From assembly GCF_001194135.2 (NCBI RefSeq), contig NC_068984.1:27272588-27335929 (forward strand): 63,342 nucleotides of DNA, given 5' to 3'. The stretch is from Octopus bimaculoides (Eukaryota). The notes below the pieces were generated by a model. The model had not been told where the DNA came from and did not search any database. It saw only the letters and a list, made by a program, of their open reading frames with translations. A program made the translations under genes and the position numbers. Below are positions 37,689 to 50,126 of this stretch, one piece after another. The first letter of the stretch is position 1; each line of letters opens with the position of its first letter.

Positions 37689-38221
37689 TTAATATGGGGT
37701 CGAATTATATTCAAGTTTGCATTGTACTCAAGTAAATTTGGTAATGATTTCTTTATTGTTTATAGAAAGTTTTTGTCTCTTTTAAAAGGAGAAAAATATA
37801 ATAATAATGTAGTCAGATGAAAGGCTAATTTGAAATACCAAATATGACAAGAGCCAAATCCAATAATACATCTTAGACATAATACATCTTAGTTTTTAGT
37901 CTATTCCAGCACAAATGCTACTACTCTTGATAACAACTGCAAAAACAAAAACAGCAACAATAGTAGAAACAGTAACAGCAATTTCCCCCATTCAATCCAG
38001 TGAAATAAATTGAGATTCAAAAGTTAATATCAACATTAGCCAAGCTTTCCTTCTCATTACTTGTTAACCACTTCTAAACAAAATGTTCTATATTTCTTTA
38101 AAACAGTACAAGATACTGATTAACTTCCAAGTCATTCTTGTAAGGTAATCACTGACTACTCAGAGTTTGTTCACAAAAGTTCTCAAGGCATCTTAGGTCT
38201 GTTAGTATTGATTAGAAAATG

Positions 38222-38263
38222 CTTTGCTGATGAAGTCTAATTAGACCAAAACCATGTTCAGGG
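38222..38263 (+). ncRNA. Degenerate hammerhead-like motif
   Basis: CTTTG-CTGATGA-A-GTCT-AATT-AGAC-CAAAAC-CATGTT-CAGGG; two G>A changes would restore GGTCT/AGACC-GAAAC. Confidence 0.35.
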
Positions 38264-40344
38264 TTTTGATCCACAACTATTGCATTACATTCTTAATCGA
38301 TTTTGATTTAAATGCCAAAGTTGTTTCCCTATGATTTCTTGACCAGAGTTTAATAATCAAGATTATGATTTTTCTCCTGACTATAGGTTAATTTTAATTA
38401 AAATTTCATTATACACTATATAATTTTAGTACCCATTTTGCTTCTTATCTCTCATGTTGTTACACCTGTATGAAGTATAGTAACAATACATGTTTAACCT
38501 GATAAATAAATGAGAGAATCTTTACATGGTTATGTAGCCCACTAGGAGTTGCTGTTAAATCTCCCTTTGTAGTTGCAGAGACTACATATATATATTAATG
38601 CAATAACACTTACATATTAATTTAATGACAGGTTATCTATTTAACTGATCAACTGAATATCCATCAGGAAAACTGATGGAGCTACATTTCCTTTTCTCAT
38701 TTACCCTGTCAAATTGGTAGAGATGCAATACCTCTGGAGCATTGGATTATGGAGCTCACCTAGTTGTCTGATAGAGTAACTACCTATCATTGGTTTCCTA
38801 GGCCAGTATTGGAGGCTACACAACAACAAAAGTAATAATAAACACAAGAGTAAACTGAGAAAAAGAAAAGAACATGAAAAAATATACAGAAAAAACAAGG
38901 AAAGCAAGAACATGACAGGTAGGAGGAATATTCCATTGAGAAAGAGAGAGGATCAGTAAAGACAATATGAAATCTACTGGACATTAATCAAACAGTTCAT
39001 TTTTGTATTTGGTTAGCAAGATTCATGATGTGAAATCATGTGTTGAAACGTATTATTTTGTGTCTCAGGAAGTCATTATATTAAGGATAAACACAGACAC
39101 TGGTTCTGTTTCACTTCTTCATAGTGAATAGTTGTGAAGTTTGAAATTCTGAGGTCAAAATCCCTAATGTTAGGACATGGAGAAAGCAAAAAATATAATG
39201 ATTGTAGCAGAGATGGTAGTGTTTTCAGTGTTGTTGTTGTTGTTGGTGGTGGTGTTGTTGCTGGTAGTGGCGGTGGTAATAATGATATTGATGAAAATCA
39301 TGATGAGTATAGTGTTAGTAATGATGCAAAAGAGAAAAGATGCAAAATCATGTAGGAATACATGATTTAGCAAAAGGACCTAAACTATTTCTAAAGCAAA
39401 CTACCAGACGTTTTTTAGTGAATTTGTAAAATGTTTTAACTGTCTAATGCAGGATATGGGTTTGTTCTCCTTGGTCATCATAATATGGATTAATTGAACA
39501 GTTAATTATAGATGGGTGCTGAGTACATATTTATGTAATAAAAAGGTCGGTCTATTTGTTTCCAATATTTTCAACACCAGCCATTGTATTTTAGTATTTA
39601 TACTAAAATATAATAGTTAGGAAAAATATTAGCAGTTAGCTAACATTATTGTTTGGCAGAGCAAACAAGGGAGGCTATGTTATTGTTGAATATTAGTAAC
39701 TGTTTCAGATCACTGGTTATTTCTTTGATGTTCTATTTTGTCAAATAATTTGCAGAAGGTGACCCACTGTTCACTCATCCATATCAAAACATATCAAATT
39801 GTAAAGAGGAAGGAAAAGGAAGTTGATGATGTAGAGAGAGAGAGAGGTAAGAGGGGAGGAATGAAGTCTATTAATGTTTCACCCCTTTCCCCCTTTTTCC
39901 TTCCTATGATGCCTATCTATTTCATGGTGTTTAAGAATGAAATACTGTAATACATAAATATCTCCCTGGTTAGGATGCCAAGCATTTGTGAATTTGAAGT
40001 TATGTTCTGACACCTAATCTTCTAAGATATTGTACTGTCCTTGACAAGTATGTACACAATCCTACCCTTCTTGTGCTGGTAATAAGTGAAGAAAAGAGGG
40101 GAAAAAGTGACAAGAGCCAAACAGAGAGAAGCTCTTTATTAAAGAAGTTGGAGTATTTATGAAGATTACTGCCATGTTTATGTCAGCTGTCTTGGCAAGG
40201 AAGGTTTCTTTAAAGAGGAAAACCATATAAGCAAAATTGCCCAAATTAATACAGCATAAAATTGTTTTGATGACTGCCTGCCCATCACTTGTCACTAAAA
40301 GCAGGAAAGAGTTTAGGTAATTAGCTATGTGTATTATCTATATA

Positions 40345-40398
<54 letters not shown>

Positions 40399-40494
40399 NN
40401 NNNNNNNNNNNNNNNNNNNNNNNNNNNNNNNNNNNNNNNNNNNNNNNNNNNNNNNNNNNNNNNNNNNNNNNNNNNNNNNNNNNNNNNNNNNNNN

Positions 40495-40540
<46 letters not shown>

Positions 40541-42164
40541 CATGTCTATATATATATATAAATATATATAACACATATATATAAATCTATACATACATAC
40601 ATACATGTCTTATATATATATGAATATTTATATATGTCTGTATATATTATATCTATAATATGCTTATGCCTGTATACATATATGTGTATGTTTGTATGTA
40701 TGTATACTTGTGTGTGTACATGTATTTATGTATGAATGTATGGATGGATGCATGTAATGCAAGTAAGTATGAAGCTTATGTGAGTATGAGTGTGTGTGTG
40801 TGTGTGTGTGTATGTTTGAAATGTTCAAGTTGTGTCTAAAACTTGAGTCCTTTATATATTATCAATTACCAACTGATAATAATTGTGGTAGTTATTTCAG
40901 TATGACCATAGTTATTTTGTTGTATTTTCAAGCCATTAAATGATAACTATCCTCACAGATTCTGATAGTTATTGTAAAAGTACATCATGATTAGTGCTGC
41001 AAAGGAGAGAAAATTTTTATGAGCCTACTCCATAACTTTGTTTCAACTCCTGGCAGGAAATATCGCATTTCTAAATGAAAGTAAAATGTAAGCCTCACTT
41101 ATATTTCTTATCTCTTCTCAGAGCTCTGCATTAGTGTAATGTACATATATAATTATTGAAGTGATTAGCTTCATGAAGTTGTTGTTATTGATCTATGATC
41201 AAAAGATTTCCAGTTATGATACTCTTGTATTTTTTTTTTTTGATATTTAGGATGACACAGTCTTATATGTCCTTCATGTTTTAATTTGGTAAAGCATGAT
41301 TTGAGGAAATTTAGCTGCTATAATGCATGTAGACACTCCCTCAATGACCCAACTTTATTGTGTTATGTTATGACTTTGTAAATACTTGAATGTCACAGCA
41401 TCTCATCTAAAATTTCAGACTTCGGTCATATATAAAAAGCAATTTGAAAAGAACAACAGCTTTAGGCATTCATCAATGGAATCTTGATACACATATAATG
41501 ATTTTATAGTTCATTTTTCTTTATTAAATATACGACATACTATACTCTCTGTTTTACTTTTTGTGATGTTCAATTAGTTTCAAATGATGATAAGGCAGCA
41601 AATAAGTAGAGTCATTAGACCATTGAAGAGAATTCCTTGCAATATTTGATTTGGTTGACTGGGATCTGAGTTCAAATTAGTCTTTCATCTGTTCAGTGTT
41701 GCTTAGCAAAGTTGCAGTCCAGGGTGGTGGACTGGTTGTATTGTTAGAGCCTTGAACAAGATGTTATGTGGTTTGTTCTGGTACTTTGAATTCTGAGTTC
41801 AAATTCTACCTTCTCATGGAAGGAAAACAGCTGTCCTGGATCTAACCAAGAGTAAAAGACCTCCATTGTTAGATGAACAATGAGTTGGTTGGAGCAACAT
41901 ATTGGTTGCATTAGGAAACAGTACAAATGCTAGGACAAGGACAAAAAAATGTGTGCTTTAAAATATGATAGTATACAGGGAATTCTAAAATCTAGCAAAC
42001 CATACCTTTAAAAAATAAACAAAATTCATTTTACTTTGTTATACCATTAATATTCCCAGTTTACCAATGAATAATTTAAAACAAAATATCAGAAGTGCAG
42101 AGAAATAAAGTTGCTGTTTTCTGATAGAGGTAAGCTTCAATACAAATGATATATTGTCATAAAT

Positions 42165-42211
<47 letters not shown>

Positions 42212-42377
42212 NNNNNNNNNNNNNNNNNNNNNNNNNNNNNNNNNNNNNNNNNNNNNNNNNNNNNNNNNNNNNNNNNNNNNNNNNNNNNNNNNNNNNNNNN
42301 NATATACGTACATATGTATACTTGCAAAAAAAAATAATAAAATGGCCATCCCGAAGTACAACAATATACATACACAT

Positions 42378-42466
<89 letters not shown>

Positions 42467-43070
42467 TGTATGTATGTATGTATATATGTATACAAGGACC
42501 AAATATCGAAGTCATCAGACATGCTCTATTAACACTTATTTGGCCAAAATACAACATACCATGGAGGTTCAAAATAAACTGAGATTTGTTTATTTCTAAA
42601 ACCGGAAGGAACTGATTTATTTATTAGTTAACCAGTGTGTTACTGAAAGCAGCAGCAATCCATGGTGTTAGTGTTTTTTTGATTAATTTCATATAAACTT
42701 TTGTTTAAATATGATCTGGAGGGTAGATTTAATCAATTACCTGTTTAATATCAGTGCCTCAATGAAGTTAACGCTGTTGCAAACATTGAGATAAAGTCAC
42801 TGGTTTCAGGATATTAAGATCTTTGCCTCTTTTCCCCACAGATCTTGGTGGCCCTTCAAAAAGATCGTAGGTACTGGCCTCTTCTAAGTAACTATAGAAG
42901 AGAAAATAACTAGTCATATTCATTGTCCTATAACATACAAGTAAGAAAGGCAGAGTATTATCATATTGCCTTACTATGTGAGTATATAAACCACTTGATA
43001 ACTTACTACAGCTTAGTTATTTCAGATGAATAGTTTTCATATGAATAAATCGAATACAGGTTTCGAATTT

Positions 43071-43270
43071 TAGTACAAGGCCAGCAATTTTGGGAGAGGG
43101 GTAAGTGAATTTCATCGACCCCAGAACCCAACTGGTACTTATTTTATTGAACCTCAAAAGAATGGAAGGAAAAGTCGACCTTGGCAGAATTTGAACTCAG
43201 AATGTAAAGACGGCTGAAATGCTACTAAATATTTAACCTCAGGTGCTAATGATTCTGGCAGCTCATTGTC
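43071..43270 (-). mobile_element. Meta-domain-like SINE, tail type A
   Basis: Similarity to 4950-5160. Confidence 0.75.
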
Positions 43271-43320
43271 TTAAATAAATTAAATATTAACAACATGTAG
43301 AGATTAAGTTGACCATTATT

Positions 43321-43384
<64 letters not shown>

Positions 43385-44129
43385 CTTTTTTCGTTATACA
43401 TATTTGCATATACATAATTTCATATCTGTCAAAGATCAGTTTTTCAATTAACAATAATGTCAGTTTGGTTTAATCTTATAGACATCCTTTAAGGTATAGC
43501 AAGATTAAACTGCTCCAATAGATCACAACTTGAAGATGAATAAATGCAATGAACTCATGCATTGCCTACAAAACTTTGATTTAAGAACCAACAATATTTT
43601 TGCCTTATCTAAATGAGAATCTGGAGTCTGAAGAGACCAAAAAATTACTGATTATTTCTAATTCAGATACTGAATGCATTAAGGCAGAAGAATAGAGCAT
43701 ATTTAAGTGTGAAAATTAGTACATTGTAACTAAGAGTTCAAGATCATAAAAAAAATAAATTACTGTTGATTGAACCAATCAACTCTTACTTGCTTGATTT
43801 GAGGAATTGACTTAAGATTGAATTTGAAAATATTAATAAATTATAAACCTTTAAGGTATTTATAGATATCAACATGTTTGGAACTAGAAATTTCTGTCTC
43901 ATGTTAGTTCAACTCTATTTTGTTGTATCAAAAATGGATACATTCCTATGTTAGCCATCTGTAGCCTACCACTGCAAGAAATCTGTAAAATAATGAAGAA
44001 TAATACTGGTCTAATTGTCCCAGAAAAGCAGATAAATATTTGAACCTAACCTGAAAGGGGTTAATTCCTAAATTTATCATGGAGTAAAGAGGAACACTCT
44101 GTGAGAATAATGGATTTCTGGAATTTCAA

Positions 44130-44670
44130 CCATGTTTCGTGGTCTGCTACCACAACAGCTCCTTTATAGGATCCAGTTAGCTCAAGACATCATCAGGAGG
44201 AACCATGTCCGGTTTCGGCCCCTACTCCTCTACCGTTTTGACGTGGCAGGGCTCCTCCTTTTGGAGGTGTCTTCAGCTCTGGTGTTGGGTGCATGTCTTC
44301 TTTCACTGTTTGTGACTGTTCTAATTCAACTGTGGAATGTCCCTCGCTATGGTTATTTTCTAGGAGGTTCTGGCNNNNNNNNNNCATACCTTCCCTTGGT
44401 GGATTAGGATCCAGTTAGCTCAAGACATCATCAGGAGGAACCACGTCCGGTTTCGGCCCCTACTCCTCTACCGTTTTGACGTGGCGGGGCCCCCCCTTTC
44501 GGAGGTGTCTTCAGCTCTGGTGTTGGGTGCATGTCTTCTTTCTTCTATTCCCTGGCCTCTTTGATGCAGCATCGAGTGTCAGCGTCCGACTGATTGTCAT
44601 GTCAAATTCCCCTTTTTATACCTGCTTCTAGGCTCCAGCAGCAGGTATTCCTGTGAGAGAGCATAATTTT
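44130..44670. mobile_element. GC-richer probable retroelement fragment with ~140-bp duplication across a 10-N gap
   Basis: Abrupt GC rise; TAGGATCCAGTTAGCTCAAGAC...GCATGTCTTCTTTC at 44168-44304 and 44406-44542. Family not recognised. Confidence 0.4.
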
Positions 44671-44944
44671 CAATCATAAATTCTCAGTTACAATTTATAT
44701 TTTTTAAGTGAGTTCTTTATGATATATATGATTTTGATATGACAAGTATAGTCATATGCCTAACAAATTTTACTTCACAATTGTGTGGCCCAGGGTTCAA
44801 ATCCACTATACAGTGCTTTAGAGCAAGGGTCTTCTCTTGGAAAGTTGGGTTTAGCAATACCTTATAAGATGAATTTGCTAGAAAAAAAAAAAAAAAAACT
44901 GTCCTGCAAGGCTGTATGTTTAAAAGTCTACTTTTCAACAACAT

Positions 44945-45068
44945 AGTTCAGTCCCACCATGTGGTACCTTGGGCAAGTATCTCCTACTATAGCATCAGGT
45001 CAATCAAAGCTTTGTAAGTGGATTTGGTTGACAGAAACAAGAAGAAACCCTATACATATATATATATA
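44945..45068 (+). mobile_element. CORE-like SINE 5' fragment
   Basis: GTTCAGTCCCACCATGTGGTACCTTGGGCAAGTATCTCCTACTATAGC...GTGGATTTGG ending in (TA)n. Confidence 0.7.
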
Positions 45069-45783
45069 ACCTGTGGAAGATGTAGGCCCAGGAAGACCTG
45101 GGATGAGGTGGTGAGGCACGACCTTCGAACATTGGGCCTCACCGAGGCGATGACTTCTGACCGAGACCTCTGGAAATATGCTGTGCGTGAGAAGACCCGG
45201 CAAGCCAAGTGAGACCTAAATCTAAGGCCTCAGCCAGTCCACTTATGCATACCTTCCTTCATTGGACACTAAACTCCACTTGCGAAGACCTGTTGAGGCT
45301 TGTGAAATCGAAATCAAATTAAATTCGACGACTGGCACCCATGCCAACGTCGTCTCCTTCATTGGACACGAACCTCAGCTTGTGAAGACCTGTTGGGGCA
45401 AGCGAAAGTGAAATCGTAATGTCAGCTGTACCCAGCATCACCTTTCTGCCACTTGTGCCCGCGGTATGTGTAAGGACTTTTGAGCGAGATCGTTGCCAGA
45501 GCCCCTGGACTGGCTCTTGTGTGGGTGGCACGTAAAACACACCATTTTGAGTGTGGCCGTTGCCAGTACCGCCTGACTGGCCGTTGTGCCGGTGGCACGT
45601 AAAAGCACCCACTACACTCTCTGAGTGGTTGGCGTTAGGAAGGGCATCCAGCTGTAGAAACTCTGCCAAATCAGATTGGAGCCTGGTGTAGCCATCTGGT
45701 TTCACCAGTCCTCAGTCAAATCGTCCAACCCATGCTAGCATGGAAAGCGGACGTTAAATGACGACGATGATGATGATGATGAT
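45069..45783 (+). mobile_element. 5'-truncated RTE-clade LINE (ORF C-terminus, ~570-bp 3' UTR, (GAT)n tail)
   Basis: TCGRCRPRKTWDEVVRHDLRTLGLTEAMTSDRDLWKYAVREKTRQAK* (stop 45212) is a typical GRP.KTW...V..D......DR..W RTE end; UTR is the source of the many RTE-tail copies in the window; (TA)n on both sides. Confidence 0.85.
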
Positions 45784-45806
45784 ATATATATATATATATA
45801 TATATA

Positions 45807-47350
45807 CAGTAGCAAGCAAAAATAGAGAATGATTAATATTTTTTTTTAAATGTCAGAAAAGCTAGTGAACATACAAATTCGTCATTGGTTTTGTAAGCAC
45901 AGTTAACCGTTAGCTAAATTCTCTGAAAAATCTAAGTTTGTACAAAAGTCTTAATGAAAATTAATAACATTAACACTAGTTTCATCCAAATGTCTCACGT
46001 ACAAAATAAGAGAAATTTCAAACATTCTGTACATCTGTAGGCTCAATGTTACTACTGTCTCAGTATTGTGCTAGCTTCCAAATATGGCACGCCACACTAA
46101 AGTTACTCCCGACCTCCAAAAAGAAATTGTCAGGATGAAAGTTTCAGGAATGATTCTCTTCACTATTTCACAAGACGTAAGGAGATCAAAGAGTGTAGTT
46201 TCACGTGTTCTTAAGCTCTGTGAAGAAACTAAAGGTTTTGAACCAAAAAAGGCAACTGGTAGACCACATAAAATCACCATCTGAAATGATTGAGCCATGA
46301 AACAGTATGTATTGAAGGATCCTTTCGAGACTGAGGCTGGAATTTCTAAGAAAATAAAAGTAAATAATGGTATGGAAGTGAGCTGCTTTACAGTATCTCA
46401 TCATCTGTAGGAATTTGGATTAAAGACTTGTTCCTTGGCAATGAAACCTACCATCACCAAGAAGAACAAACGGTGGGGAGATGAAAAGTGGTCAAAAGTT
46501 CATTTTAGTGATGAAAGCAAATTCAATTTAGTAAGTTTAGGTGGTAGACAGTATATTAGGCGCTTCGCAGGAGATTGGCTAAAATCCAAGAGCATGAAGA
46601 AATCTGCCAAGTTTGGAGGAGGAAGCATCATGGGTGTGGGGAATGATTTATTCTGAAGGAATTAGCCCTCTAGTGCAAATTAAAGGGACTATTAATGTTA
46701 ATATCTATTTGAATTTGGTTAAACAGCATATGATCCCATCATTACGAGCATTTCTGAATCAACTGTTCCTTTTCAGGCAAGATAACGCCCTTGTCACACT
46801 GCAAAGTGTGTCACTGGATTTTTTACTGAACAAGATATCCAAGTAATGAAGTGGCCACCACAAAGTCCAAACTTAAATCGAATTGAAAACCTTTGGAAGA
46901 TACTTAGAGACAAAGTAACATAAAGGGCACCTACTACTATGATGAATTTATGGGAGATAGAAGAAGAATGGAAGAAAGTAACACCTGACTTGTGCAGGAA
47001 ACTTGTTATGTTCTGTTGCAATCAATGTGCAGAGGTGATCTCCAACAAAGGTCTACAAACATCATACTAACTGTATTAAGTTCATATTTACATTTCTTTC
47101 AATCATTATTATGGTTTTGAGTTACTTGAAACATTTTTGGTTTGATCATTCACTTATTTTGCATGAGACGTTTGTACAAAATTAGTATTAGTGTTACTAA
47201 CTTTTATTAAGTCCATTGTACAAACTTAGATTTTTCACAGAATTTAGCTAATGGTTAACCATATCTATGAAACCAATTGTGAATTTGTAAGTTAACTAGC
47301 TTATCCGAAATAAAATTTTTTTAATCATTCTCATTTTTTGTTTGCTACTG
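45807..47350 (+). mobile_element. Full-length Tc1-family DNA transposon (1544 bp) with long IR/DR-type TIRs
   Basis: TA|CAGTAGCAAGCAAAAA...TTTTTTGTTTGCTACTG|TA; ~210-bp imperfect TIRs with an inner copy of the terminal GCAAAATAAG.GAATGA-like motif; internal transposase. Confidence 0.95.
46084..47070 (+). pseudogene. Tc1 DD34E transposase, inactivated by stops and frameshifts
   Basis: N-terminal paired-like HTH ending TGRP, then WSKVHFSDESKF, KFGGGSIM(V)WG, FRQDNA(P)CH and WPPQSPNLNRIENLW; 34 residues between second D and E after correcting a 1-nt deletion. Confidence 0.95.
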
Positions 47351-47589
47351 TATATATATCATATATATATGTATTATACATGAATATATACATATATATG
47401 TATGTTTATATATATGAGTTTGTATCCCAACAATATGGTTCTGGATTCAGTCCCACTGAAGTACATTGGATAAGTGCTTTCTGCAATAGTTTCATGTCAA
47501 CCAAAACCTTGTAAGTGAATTTGGAAGATGGAGACTAAAAGAAGCCTGTCATGTCTATATTTGTAGGGTGCCCAGTCATAGAGAATCTG

Positions 47590-47640
47590 CTTCTATAAGC
47601 TCTGTCTGACCCATGCAAACATAGAGGAACAGATGTTAAA

Positions 47641-47676
<36 letters not shown>

Positions 47677-47783
47677 TATATATATCATCATCATCATCAT
47701 TTAACGTCCGCTTTCCATGCTAGCATGGGTTGGACGATTTGACTGAGGACTGGTGAAACTGGATGGCAACACCAGTCTCCAAT
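47590..47783. mobile_element. Two RTE-tail fragments in tail-to-tail inverted orientation
   Basis: ...CAGATGTTAAAATGATGATG (+) then short (TA)n then CATCATCATTTAACGTCCGCTTTCCATGCTAGCATGGG (-). Confidence 0.8.
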
Positions 47784-47852
47784 CTATAATTATATATATA
47801 GCTATATATATATATATATAGATAGTTAGATAGATAGTTAGATAGATAGACT

Positions 47853-47912
<60 letters not shown>

Positions 47913-48627
47913 CACCCCCCACACACAAATATATATATATATATTTATATAGGCATTATGTATGTATTGTAAAGTCCCAGTCAATTCAATATTTGCAATG
48001 AATTTTACTCTAATCTGAATATAGAGCCATAACATCTGTAAATGCTCAGTTGTCAATTTGAAAAGCACTTTAAAGCAGTGACATTAATGCACATATACAC
48101 ACAAGTATGTTTGCATGTGTGTATATTTGTGAATAGTTGCTGCAGAGTTTGAGTGACTCCAGATGCATTTGATTTGGTGTGGTTGCTGTATAAATGAGAA
48201 AAGAAAAAACATGTTCTACAATCTGAGCTGAAATAACTTGGATATTACTTAATAACATCAATGCTGCTTGGTAGCACTGTAAAATGTTATACTATTTGTA
48301 GGTGCCAACATCATTGTGTTCTCTGGTTGACAGCCGATGAAGGGGATCTCCAGCAGTTCAAACTGTATATAGAGTATATATGTTTCCAGATACACAAACT
48401 GATGTAGATACAAAAGCTTAACTTAATAATCCACCAAATTTAGACTGATAACAGAAGTAGCTGATTGAAATAATTACTGGGATTGATATGATAAAACTAA
48501 AATACTTAAAAGGAAATTATTCAGCTGAGATAGATTGGCCACAGCTCACTAACAAGAACCAGTAAAAATATACTATGGACAGTTTCGAAAACAAATACCT
48601 TTACAGCTATCCCATGTACTGATATAT

Positions 48628-49490
48628 GGATCTTTCTGATTTGGTGGACACCATTTGTTTTCTAACAAAACACTTTTAATCTTGGGATACTGGTAGAATG
48701 TGTCATATAAAACTTTTTCTCTTAGCCTTATTAAGAATAGTTTCTGTATTCAAAGTTATTTCATGTTAAAAGTTGTTGTATTTCGGTAATTTCAACCAAT
48801 CACTGACGTCTATTGAGGTAAAAACAATTACTGCTGTGGTTTGTCAACAACACGTTGTGGCAGTGTAATGGGATCTTCTCCTTTGAATAAAATTACTGCC
48901 ATTGTTTGTCAACAACAACTATCGGCGGTACTGTTATTTATGATATCGTTCTTGCATTTGTACTGGTTTTAGCTTTAGGGTTTTAGGGTTAGGGATAGGG
49001 TTTTAGGGTTAGGGTTAGGATTATTAGTATTTTTGCCAAATTTGGTGAAAATCTGTTCAATACACCATCACAAATTTTTCACCAAATTTGGCAAAAATAC
49101 TCATAACCCTAACCCGAACCCTAACCCTAAAACCCTAAAGCTAAAACCAGTACAAACGCACGAACGATGTCATAAATAACAGTACCGCCGATAGTTGTTG
49201 TTGTCAAACAACAGCAGTAATTTTATTCAAGGGAAAAGATCCCATTACACTGCCACAACGTGTTGTTGACAAACCACAGCAGTAATTGTTTCCACCTCAA
49301 TAGACATCAGTGATTGGTTGAAATTACCGAAATACAACAACTTTTAACATGAAATAACTTTGAATATAAAAATTTTTCTCTGTTCTATAAGACAAAATAT
49401 ACAAGTATACGAAATTTTAAAGTGTTTTGGTAGAAAACACACTAAATAAAACCTAAATAAAAAATGGTGTCCGCCGAATCAGAAGGATCC
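48628..49490. mobile_element. 863-bp non-autonomous foldback DNA transposon with 8-bp TSD and internal TTAGGG repeats
   Basis: TSD TGATATAT (48620-48627, 49491-49498); termini GGATCYTTCTGATTYGGYGGACACCATTT match 26/29; inner arms 48747-49052 and 49074-49366 highly similar; (TTAGGG)-like run 48975-49019 mirrored by (CCCTAA) run 49104-49138. Confidence 0.9.
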
Positions 49491-50028
49491 TGATATATTA
49501 TTTTATTGATTTCCTACCTTTGAAATTGCTAGAACGCTCCTGACTGAGTTTCTTTGAGCCCTGTATAAGACTAGATTTTTTTCCTTAATGCCATCAGAAG
49601 ATTCAATCCCTTGATATTAACTCAATGTGAATTTGTATTTTAACTTTGTTATGGCAAACGTTTTGTAATATGTTGTTATGAAATTTTGACATGAATTGCT
49701 TGTAGTCCTGTTTAAGATATTACTGAAATTCAAAATATGTATAAATGTATATTTCATAGTTTAGTTGTACCCAGCTAAATACTTCCTGCAGCAGGCTACT
49801 ATTAAAATTGGTTTCACTTACTTGTTGTTTGCAAACATTGTTCATCTGTTGGGAATCTTTATATTCAGAACGAATGGCATTTCAAAAATAAGTTAAAACA
49901 CATGATAAATACCAGATTTGAAGAGAAATAGTTGGAAAATATGCAAGAGAAAGTATAAATATGCATTAAAAAATAAATATATGTATGTGTATATACATAT
50001 ATATATATATGTGTGTGTGTGTGCGTGC

Positions 50029-50126
<98 letters not shown>

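Noticed and set aside
48325-48370. Hammerhead-like CCGATGAAGGGGATCTCC
   Set aside because: Core mutated, no properly placed GAAA and no stem I/III; other CTGATGA hits (1931, 23282, 52695, 54975 and minus-strand hits near 2838, 44212, 52413) also lack stem II-GAAA.
48975-49138. True telomere or chromosome fusion site
   Set aside because: The head-to-head TTAGGG/CCCTAA runs are short, degenerate and embedded in the arms of a TSD-flanked foldback element.
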